A DNA stretch of 56,756 nucleotides, the filler included, from Trypethelium eluteriae (lineage: Eukaryota): assembly GCA_051942245.1 (NCBI GenBank). It is 2 parts of 2 records of this genome, joined end to end, with 100 filler letters (N's around TTAATTAATTAA, not from the genome) between each part and the next. Parts side by side here need not be neighbours in the genome. Positions count along the whole stretch, not along the records: positions 28,459 to 56,756 come from JAVECL010000313.1; 1 more part is not named here. One strand, written 5' to 3'. A model generated the notes under the pieces. The model worked only from the letters and a program-made list of their open reading frames with translations. It was not told the DNA's origin and made no database searches. The position numbers and the translations under genes are program-made. Below are positions 46,932 to 56,756 of this stretch, piece after piece; positions within the stretch are counted from its first letter, which is position 1; every line of letters begins with the position of its first letter.

Positions 46932-49900
46932 TTAATGCGTAGATTTGACCCCCCTCAGCCACTTTCGGAATGTCTCATTATGGACAGGGTGGTATTCCAG
47001 TCTTCTATTAGGGCGTTCGATATCTTGGACGGCTCGTATCATATCTCGAAGGGTCCGCGCGAGCGACACCCGTCTCTGCTGAAGGGCGGCAGGCTCGTCT
47101 CCATCCTTTTTTGCCTCAGCTTGTGCCGCTTGGTTCTCAAGTGTGCAGAGCAAGACGACCTGCATCATCTCTGCGGCGGCCTCATCTGAAAAATTCGTCG
47201 CGGGGGAGGAGTTCCATGCACCCACCTCGATGGTGGCGCCCGTCATATTATTTACCATAGCTAAAAGTTAAATGCCTGTCAGAGATATTGTATTGATTAC
47301 CGGTCGAGGCACCCCCCAGCCGCCGAAAGGTAGATTGTGCTTACCATCAATCGAACCACATGCATCCATTAAGCTCTGAAATGCGTCCACACATGTTTCG
47401 GGGAGTTCATTTAGCCAGCCCATTTGATGTCGAATAGCGCGCTGAAGCGGGCCGATGGCTATAGGAGGACTCGGCCTCTCTGTTGTGTCCTGCGTGTAGC
47501 TTTCAACACCAATCCACTTTCGCAGCAGTGTCACCTGCCGAGGGGTTGTCTGGTCGTCACATCCCTCTTCTGATCGCAGTTCAGGACAGCAGTCCTGCAT
47601 CCATGAGCGTAGACTTTGATCTCTCTTGGCACGTTTGAGGATCACGAGCGCCTTGCAGCAGTCTCCTCTATCCGCGGCTGGACCGGAATCGGTATACAGC
47701 ACTCGACCGCAGATAAAGCAGGCTCCGCTAGTCTCATCTTCCTCACTGCTCCTTGGCGTGCGATTTATAAGAACTGACAGCGCCTCCCAAACTTTCTTCC
47801 GACTCGGACTTGTGGATGCGGCTTGCAGAGCTGACCGGTCGCTTCGTCCATTGAAGAAGTCGGACGCGGCCGGGCTCGCCAGTGGGGACTTAGAGGACGC
47901 CAAAGGCTTAGAGGCTGAGGTTAGTTTTGAGATTTGCCGATTCACTAACACGACGGGTCAGTGAGTGAAATGAAGAGAAGAATATTGATCTGTCTTACGC
48001 CCATAAGTCCACGCTGCTTGGTGCATGTCTTGTAGGGTGGTAGTGTACTCGTTTGCGTTGATCTGTGGACCTCCCCTGAACCCTTGCGGGGAATCGATTT
48101 GTACTTGGCCGGTACTATCCATTATTGTACAGATCAGACGGTAAATCTGTCGTATGGGAAAGATATAGCGGGTTGGGTCGATGGATTCTTGGGTAAACAC
48201 GCTGCCCTTACTCAGGACGTCCTCACGCCTATTGCCGCTCAGCTGCCCTTTAGCAGTCCGAATTAGATCCTGTTCCATTGGTTGCGACCGGAACAATCGA
48301 AGACCTGGCTCAAGATCTGCGGAGCGAGGCCGCTTGAAAGTGCTGTAGCCCATCTGGGTGGTCAGCTCCACTGGCAGGCAGAGGTAACCACTGTCGCAGC
48401 ACTCCTGGTCCTGCACCCCACTGCTCAGCCAGCCTCCGATGATGAGGAATTTCTGTTTGGTGGCCACTTGCTGCCAATAACGTATATGCTGCCAGAGCGG
48501 AAATGGGCGCGATATGGAGCGACTACCCCCGTGGAATTGGAAACGAGTAGGGACGCACTTCTTCGAGGATACTCCCCGGAAATAGGATAGGAATGGGAGA
48601 GATCCATGGTTTTTGAACTCAAGAACTTCTTCCTTCGCCCAGATATGCTCGGCAAAAACAAATGAGGCGATTGGATGGCCGGGATCAAGCGGAACGCATA
48701 CCAGTCGATCCAATTCACAGCAGATGCTATTGAAACAGTCGCAGAGCCAGGGCAGGTCGGCATTCAGTCTTAGGTCCCCCCGCTTCTTCTCGTCAGGACT
48801 CTGCTGTTCTTTTTCTGCAGCGCTGTCCTGTCTCGGGGTAGGTCGACCAATGTCATCTTGGATTGTAGATGGGATTAGCGTAGCGCTTACGACATCGGTC
48901 TCGTCGGCGCCTTGGTCATCGTCGTTAATATTTCTGTCCTTGTAATCAGAGGTACGATTCTTACCATCATTGCTGTGCCTGCTCTTGATTCCATCATCGC
49001 TGCCGTTGTCATCACCACCGCCAGTGTTACCATCGCTCCTCCTGCCGTAATCACCGTTGTTGCTGTCGGCGTTGTTACGGTCTACAACATGCGCGGCAAC
49101 CTGGGTACTCATGAACTGCAAACAGGCTTCGTTACCGTCTTCTGGGATTTTCGCTTGCTGTGACAGCTCCGTGACCCTTTCGATTGCTGCTGGGGTCTTG
49201 GCAATTATACTTTGAAGCATCGCCTTAAGAGCATGGCTGCCCTTGAAGACTTTGAAGTCTTCAAGGTCAGAATAGACGACCTCTCGCTCTGCCCATGCGT
49301 CCGCCACCTCGTGGCGGCCGATGCACACATAGCTAGCGGGGTTCGTGCCGAGCTGGAGGAAGAGAATATCCCATAGGCGTGTTGTAAGAAAAGGTGAGAG
49401 ACTTGGTGGATCTTGTCGGCAGATTGGTGATTGTGTAGACACCCTGACAGCACCCAGTTTGTGCTCGACTCGTACTGGCTGTGGGATTTCGGGAAAACGT
49501 AGAATGAAGTCATAGATGAGAGGCGAGACCGGATTAAATTCGACCTCGGCCACGGCTGTCGCTGCAATCTCGTCCCATAATGGTCGAATCCAGGTCGCAC
49601 CACACAAAGGCGTGCTAATGTGTCGTGGGCTTGGCGTAAGCTCGACCTGGAAGCCAGCAAAACGCGCCCTGGTCGTCGGATTGGTGTATGGCGTCCCCAT
49701 CAGCGATCCAGCTGCAAAGAGGCTCCGAACGGCTTCGCATAAATCGTCATAGTGAACTAGGAATTGTTCCATCCAATATGGGCTCCCGCTGATCAAAGCC
49801 AGGGTGCCATGGTTGACCCCGGTGCCACGTAACCATTCGGTCGCTGGAATCAAGCCGATGTAGTCGGGCTGATCCTGGAGTATCTGAACGACGACGCCGC

Positions 49901-50312
49901 AAGTGACTTTCTGTGTCTTTGGGGAGTGAGGTGGATGCACAAAGTCTGAGAGACGTGTTGAGCCGGCGATCAGTCCCGAATATTTGATGTCGAATTCGAT
50001 AAACTGGACGTCGCCACGGTCGCTCTGCTCGACGGCCCATCGCCACGTCTTCCAGGGTGAATTAACAGCCCATACCGGAAGGTGACCCTCCTGAATGAAG
50101 GCGCCATCGCACGGAGAGCCCTCAAGACTACGAACTGCTTCTACTTGACTCGTTTGGAGGCGACGGAAAAAGTAGGTCTCAGCCATAAACCCGCAGATAG
50201 TGAATGCGAAAGGGGTATGAATCACCTGGCGAAGTCTTGTGATCTCTTCCTGGCTTGGGTCGCCGCTAGGAGCGGTAGGAGCCGGTGATTTCATGACACT
50301 GTTGGATGACAT
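46932..50312 (-). CDS. Orphan ~1080-aa protein with tandem PD-(D/E)XK-like motifs and a Cys cluster; exons 50312-47999, 47944-47345, 47260-46932
   Basis: Three same-frame ORFs whose separating stops fall inside canonical introns: GTAAGA..CTGAC..TTAG (54 nt) and GTAAGC..CTGAC/TTAAC..TTAG (84 nt). Spliced length 3243 nt. Confidence 0.75.
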
Positions 50313-50504
50313 TGTCGTCCCAAGGGTACGCGTATCAAGAAGGAAAGGTGGGTCTGGTATGAGGAGAATGATAGTAGATCTTGGACGATGTAGAAATATT
50401 CACATCATACCTACAGGTATTTTATATAGAAATGGGCACTCGATAAAAAAACCATTGTGGGAAGGTGCGCATCAGACAAACGGAAGGCGCATGATGTACC
50501 TACA

Positions 50505-50697
50505 TACCAGCTACCTTACCGCGGTTAATGAATACAATGTTATTTCAGTTTCAATGTTATTTCAATTTTGCTGTCATAACTATGTTGGCCCATGTTAAGG
50601 CGGCGTTAACATGTTCCAACATGGTCATAGCAGTAAAACTGAGGTAACATTGTATTTATTGCGAGTTGAAACCCCCTCTCCGCGGTAAGGTCTGGTG
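50505..50697. mobile_element. ~190-bp imperfect palindrome (MITE-like fold-back)
   Basis: ACCTTACCGCGG (50513-50524) / CCGCGGTAAGGT (50680-50691); AATACAATGTTA / TAACATTGTATT; core CATGTTAA-7nt-TTAACATG centred on 50602. Confidence 0.6.
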
Positions 50698-52211
50698 CCG
50701 CGGACTGTTGCGTACGGGCGTTTTTTTATATGAAAATCCGGCTATCTTAGAGTAGAATGTGGTGTGTATGCAAATTGACCTGTATAGAGGTTATCTGAAG
50801 CTATTTATGAGGTGGTGATCTAGCTAGCTGAGGTACCTACCTATGTTATTGACACCTGGAACCAAACCCCTTTGTTTAGGTCTCCGGCTCTTTTTAATTT
50901 CACCACCTTTCTATCTATTTACTTGTTCACCTACAGCTGTAAAAAGGTATTTCTGCTAACACTGCTTGATTTTTATAAAGAGGTATTTCACACGGGTAGT
51001 CTGCGCCCCGAACGGCGCCGGGTTGGGTTGTGGAAGGGGCCCGGTGATAAGAATGATAGGAGTGACTGTAACCATCGGCTGGATGACATTTTCAGTCTCG
51101 TCTGCATGGTTGCCAACCGTCAGCACATGGACTGGACGATCAATTTCGGCGATGGTGAGGATCCTGCGGATAAAGCTGGACATGGGTTTGATGGTATTTG
51201 ATACTGCCTTGATGAATCGTGGGACTGACTGAGGACCAAGAGAGAGTTTATCGACATTGGATGGTGTTAGGTGGCAAAGAAGCGTTGGATGTCCTTCACA
51301 GAAGCTGTTGGCTTTGTAGGGCCTCAGAATGATTTGCCACCTTTTATATTCCAGGCTTCTAGGCACTACAACCCACAGCGTATATATCGAGCTTTACTGA
51401 AGGTTGTTGACCTGGCTCTGGTGAATGGAAGAACAACCCTTTATGGCTTGGGGACACCATGCTCCTGATCGCAGGGCGTCCGCGACTGATTCCAGCTCTG
51501 ACTTGCATGGCACAGGTGCAGCAAAGCGATTCTTTTCCGAGATACCCTGCGCGTTAGTAATGTTTTGGAAATGTTCTATACCGTCGTGGGAGCTGCCAGC
51601 GTACGCCACGTTGTTTGGGGGTCCAAGGATGATTGTAACGAATGGCTGTGCTTGACCAGGTATTATTCCTCGGAGTATTGAGTCACGTAAGAAGACATTT
51701 TTTGAGAAGTCAAAATGTATAGAAGTGAAAATCGCAACTACAGCGCAGAAAGTGCACACGCCATCTACGTAATGTTTGTGTGCGTTGCATACTTTAGCTG
51801 TAAGATAGAGACCTTTAGAGAGTCAGTGCTGATGCGTATGAGGGTCAAGTTCATTAGGCTACATCAGACGAATTTCAAGTTAGCTTAAAACCAGCACTTG
51901 AAACAATGATTGTCGTCGACCTACTCTATGGATATGTAGAATTATGATAGTATCTTTAGACCAGTAACTCGGCTGATAAATATATTTAGCGACGCCATTT
52001 TCGAGACTTCCCGTCGGACATGAAATATGGCAACGATCGCCCGCTTTACTAATAAAGCAGAGAAGGGCAAGAATGACAATTGATGACAGGTAGCTAGTAC
52101 TGATGACCCATACTCAAACAAGATTCGCAATACGGAATACTTGGACAAGATAGGGCGAGCTGCTGAGGGCGCACCTGGTACGTGTTCGTCAATCCCGGTG
52201 GCCCGGACGGG

Positions 52212-52220
52212 AAAAAAAAA
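52212..52220 (-). terminator. Pol III terminator (T9) of tRNA-Ala
   Basis: A9 on the + strand, 3 nt beyond the discriminator base. Confidence 0.85.
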
Positions 52221-52223
52221 TAT

Positions 52224-52311
52224 TGGACCCACGGGTGATCGAAACCCGGACCTCCCGCAATATTTTAATGCATTTGCAAAGCGGGCACTCTAGCCACTGA
52301 GCTATGAGCCC
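52224..52311 (-). tRNA. tRNA-Ala(UGC) with a 15-nt intron (52274-52260)
   Basis: Acceptor stem GGGCTCA/TGGGTCC-A with the G3:U70 Ala determinant; A box TAGCTCAGTGG; anticodon stem CCCGC/GCGGG with loop TT-TGC-A; intron after position 37; T arm CGGGT-TTCGATC-ACCCG. Mature length 73 nt. Confidence 0.96.
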
Positions 52312-52787
52312 CAAATTTAAAATCCACCGGCTCAAAATCTGCTCTAAGTAGACTGACATCTCATCTCTATAATAAATAAATAAATAAAAGTTGTATACCA
52401 TCAAGGTTGTATAAACAAGTCCATACCTTCTCATTGGCAGAATACGCCAGAAGTTAGTCTCTTACAATTACTGCGTACCATTTTCTCACTACCACAACCA
52501 TCCCTTTCCATTTGGTGTGAAAAAGCTGTGTGGATGGTGGACTCGTGCAGGTAGTGGGGACAGCCTCTATGCAGCGCTTGCCAGTGACAACGCCCAACGG
52601 CACACTACATATGCGGCCGTCCCAGCTCCAAAACGAGGACGTGGCATTCTCGTCTTGTGATCAAAAGGCTCCGAGAGAATCCATCAGCACAGGATACTTC
52701 CCAGCTTCTATCATCCCAGGGTCGAGGAAGTTTCCATTTTGATATCTTGTGCTGGCCGCTCCGATCCACCACTGCGAAGAATCCGCC

Positions 52788-53913
52788 ATGGCTCTCCTTG
52801 AGCGTAAGCGTTGCCGCCCACAGGACCAGGAAGGTACCAGCAATCCACTCGACGTGGCGGAAGACGAGCCGGCAACCCCCTCTTCAAAGACCGAGCATAG
52901 GAGGCAGGAGAAGGCCATCAAATCGGAAGCTCAGCCCCAGATCACGGCTGTGCAAGCCATGGTCCTACAGCGCGTCAAAGGCAAAAAGACTGAGCTCGGC
53001 CCGCCCTTCTTCTCCGAGCTTCCAAGCTCTACAACGTTCAGCAATCTCTGGAACTTATTCCAGGTCTATGCCACAACCTGGCAGATGAAAGCGGAGGTGA
53101 ATGCGCGTGTCGAGATTGGAACACTCTTTGCACTGTGTATAAATGATTATATGAGTAATTGGGGTAAGATAGGTCAGTATCTGAATGTCCTGATCGGATG
53201 TGTCTGAATGCTAATCTGGTACAGGTCGGATGCGGCACCAGTGGGCCCGACCGGGTGGCAATCCACAGGCCTACGCCCAAAGACCACATGTCGAAAGCAC
53301 AGTGTTTTTCGGAGCGCGGGCTTGGTCGAAAAAGGAGCGGGAGTCCTACCAGCAACAACGGCCAGTAGATCGAGCGCGTGGCTGCGGCTGGTTCTCACCG
53401 GTCCATTGGCTCAGCCCTGATACCCGGGCCATCCAGCTCCAGGTCTTTTTTGTCAAGCCTGCCCAGGGCAGAGAAGCAGGCGAGGGTGACGATCAGCGGA
53501 CTCAGGTGAGACTTAACTTCCGGGACGCGGATAACGCTATCCAAGATGCGAAACAAAACCCAAGCGCTGTTCTTATTTATACGGGTAAGGAGCTCCTCTT
53601 TACCACCATGGTAGATTTGATTCACACAAGTATGCGATGGCGAGGGACCAAAGGACCACAAGATGACACCGATATCGCCATGCTTGAAGGGCCGGCCTTG
53701 ATCAAGCGCAATAAAATGCTTGACTGGGTGCTCTGTCGGGACTCGGAGCAATGCCAGAAATGGATAGAAGCGAGGCAAATGCAGCAAGGAGATCGGATGG
53801 AAGAGGCACTTTTTGATCGGCTTAGCAGGATGGTCATGGACGATGATGAGGTGGTCCAGCCGTGGGGGGTTTTATACGACGCTATAACGCCCGAAGGGAC
53901 AGATGGTGCTTGA
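52788..53913 (+). CDS. Orphan 357-aa protein; intron 53173-53224
   Basis: CCGCCATGG start context; intron GTCAGT..CTAAT..ACAG fuses two ORFs in frame (KIG-RMRHQW); NLS-like RKRCR near the N-terminus. Confidence 0.7.
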
Positions 53914-54825
53914 TTCGGCAGAAGAACTGGGAAAGCTCATGAGCAGTATACCACGGTCAAATTCGCGAGCTCAAAGAACTCAACCCGCGCCTCTGCAGTA
54001 AACGCGGGAGAGTAACCTGTACTGGACGAAAGGCTGTTTGAGCGCTGCAGATTCACCAATAGTGAGCACATTAGAGAGGAAGCAGGCGTTTGAGCAGCTG
54101 CTTTCCAGCAGAGGTACATCGAAAGGCGGGAAGGAGGTCCGTCTCAAGTGGGCGCAGGCCTCTTAGGTGTTTGCTGTAATGTAATTCTCATTTTGAAGGG
54201 GCATATGGCCAGCACGTTACAGATAGATCGTCATTTGCTGGCAATCTGTGAGCTCAAGCGTGGATCGACTTGCTCACTGGATGGTGCAAACATACCTCAA
54301 TCTATCTCATTGTCATAACCTGCACTCCCGATCGATTGTGTGGAAGGACAACGCCACCTACTCCGTTTACTTACCATAAATAGGAAGTTTGCATATGAAG
54401 CGGCGTCCAACGTTTAGGTCAATCCCATTTAGACATGATATTTCCGTCTAGTACCCTCTGCTTATGTCTCCTTTTCATCTTGCCTATGCACTCATTCTTT
54501 TCAAAGCCTTCTATCAGGCAAAGCTACTCACTTTGTCCGTCAATACCCTGAGTCACTGCAGCCAGAAGGCGTCCTCGATTGTAGTCGTGGTATAGTCGTG
54601 GTGCTCGACCACCATCCGCACCTCACGTCGATCGTTGGCGTTCGCCGTAGGTCATGGTCTGGAGCTGGAAAATGATAGAGGACAAATGGAAAAAGAAAGG
54701 ATGAAAAGGGGTTGGCGGGATCATTGCCAAGACCAGAATACGACGGGAGGCGGGCTCCAATTGACCCTTGGAATTGGGGGCCCCGGAGCAAACTCACGCG
54801 CCGCACTTCAACTTGTGCTGGCATC

Positions 54826-55990
54826 ATGAGAAGGGCGCGCCATGCGAGAACTTCGATATGCAAGCTTCTCTGGCCTGCAATCTTTGTCGCTCTCACCCTG
54901 TTCGGCACTGCGCAAGCCTCACTTGGTGACAGACTTCCAGACTTCAAAGACTGCGTTCAGGTATCCGGTTCTCATCTCTCCTGTATGAGCACAAAGCTCA
55001 TAGCGTTACCAGGTTTGCATCAACTCTAATTGCGTGGACGGCAATGCAAACGTTCGTAAGTACTTACTTGAACTTTAATATGGTACGCTTGTTGCTCATA
55101 GTATAACCAGCTCTTCGACGACGCCTGCTTTTCTGGGACTGTCCCTCTGAGTGCGACTACACCTGTCAACACGTCGTGACCAACAACCGTCTAGCCCGCG
55201 AACCAGAATATATCGTTCCGATCCTGCAATTCCACGGCAAATGGCCCTTCCATCGCTTCATGGGCATGCAAGAGCCCTTCTCCGTCGTCTTTTCCCTCCT
55301 TAATTACCTTGCCCATGATCACGGCCTCAACAAGCTACAAGAGAAAATCCCCAAGGAATATCCGCTGCGGAAATACTACATGGGCTTCGGCTATTTTGGA
55401 CTCGCAAGCTGGATCTTCAGCATGATCTTTCATACTCGCGATTTCAAACTTACTGAGAGATTAGATTATTTTGCTGCCGGTGCGAGCGTCCTCTACGGTC
55501 TCTATTTTGCACCAATCCGGATCTTCCGGCTTGACAAGGATGACCGCCCGGAGAAGGCAAGCGTGGTACGGGTGTGGACCGTCTTGTGCGTAATCGCGTA
55601 TCTTGCGCACGTATCCTATCTCTCGTTCTGGAGGTTTGATTATACATACAACATGGCGGCCAATGTCATTGTCGGAATTGTCCAAAATATTATGTGGAGC
55701 GCTTTCAGCATCTATAGATTTCGGAAATTGAAGAGGCAGTGGGCAGCGTGGCCTGGCTTGATTGTGGCCTGGCTTATACTAGCGATGAGCTTGGAGCTTC
55801 TGGATTTTCCGCCATGGGGTGGGATGGTTGATGCGCATGCCCTGTGGCACCTTGGGACTGTCGGACCAACGATATGGTGGTATAGGTGAGTTTTCTTGAC
55901 CACAATGCTCTGCGTATTCACTGATAAGGTGCTAGCTTCTTGATTAAGGATGCCCAAGAGGACATGCAAGGCACACATCTGAAGGCATAG
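54826..55990 (+). CDS. PER1: GPI lipid-remodelling protein Per1/PGAP3; introns 54961-55012, 55056-55110, 55886-55935
   Basis: Signal peptide then ASLGDRLPDF..C; WDCPSECDYTCQH, QFHGKWPF..GMQEP, FHTRD..TERLDY and DAHALWH. Confidence 0.95.
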
Positions 55991-56573
55991 AGGTATAAAT
56001 GTAAATTCGTGTTAGATAAAGTATTGTCAATACAAGGTACCCGGCGTACAAAATTGGGATTGTTTCTTCTAGACTCAGAGCTTGCCGGACATTCTACTAC
56101 GCCCTTCACATCTTGTCACGGAGACCTGAAGCGTGCCAGGAAAAGGCCTGAGAGTTGGACTGGATTTCCGAAGAGCTTCCACGTGCCTCTAGTAGTTATG
56201 CGGATTTAACGGCAAAGTCTCACTCATCACAAACTTCAGTGCAAATGGGCAAATTCATTCCTCGAACACCGATCCGAGCAACCAGTAAGTAGTAGGAGTG
56301 AGTTCTCTTCTCAAAACTCTTAAGCTTCACAAGGCTGTACACTGCCTTGGTATCTTAAAAATTGTGTTTCACACGAAACGACTTTCAACACGGAGCCCTC
56401 ACTTGGGCAAACTCTGCAATCTTAATGATACTGATATTGATTGACTAAACAGCTATACCTAGCTGATGTGGTTTCGCCATACCCATGCAAAGCAACCGAC
56501 CGAGCTACAAAATACACGGCCGCGTCCTTAAGGGGGCAGCCCTTACTTCAGAGCAAAGAGAAGGAATCGCATC

Positions 56574-56594
56574 AGAGAGAGAGAGAGAGAGAGA
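56574..56594. repeat. (AG)10 microsatellite
   Basis: Read directly. Confidence 0.9.
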
Positions 56595-56756
56595 AAGAGG
56601 TTTGGGGAGGGTTCCAGCAATTCTACCACGTAGAAAGAAGCACACAAGACAACCTACAATTCATCCCCGCACCACCCATCCGATCCGACATCGAATTCCA
56701 TCACCAGCAAAGCCGCTTCCCAGACCTTCTCTAAAAGCCCTGACTCCCAATCGGCG

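Noticed and set aside
47268..47960. Stop-codon readthrough between three same-frame ORFs
   Set aside because: Both stops lie in canonical introns whose lengths are multiples of three.
44281..52311. Functional link between the TFIIIC subunit gene and the nearby tRNA gene
   Set aside because: About 6 kb apart and tRNA genes are dispersed; probably coincidence.
46500..54300. Starship or DNA-transposon identity for the right island
   Set aside because: No tyrosine recombinase or DDE motifs, terminal repeats or target duplication seen.

Overview
Genomic DNA of a filamentous ascomycete (short GT-AG introns with CTRAY branch points; Pezizomycotina-type proteins). Most of the window is a compact housekeeping block: BUD27/URI, TFB3/MAT1, an amidase, MsrB, a mitochondrial 2-oxoglutarate/malate carrier, an SDR, the tail of an NRPS-like reductase, TOR, SR140-like, a HAD hydrolase, a MARCH5-like E3, a TFIIIC subunit and PER1. 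It is split at 28359-28458 by an artificial 100-nt gap linker. Two accessory-looking stretches stand out. The first, 1-8.3 kb, holds a probable LINE 3' end, a DCR2-like phosphoesterase, an orphan helical-repeat gene and an AT-rich patch. The second, 46.9-54 kb, holds three ORFs that splice into one ~1080-aa orphan with two tandem PD-(D/E)XK-like nuclease motif sets, a ~190-bp fold-back element, an intron-containing tRNA-Ala(UGC) and a 357-aa orphan. Also found: a 46-aa single-TM microprotein missing from the ORF track, and recurrent sharp C-rich to G-rich skew switches that are independent of gene orientation. All calls come from reading the sequence; no database searches were run.
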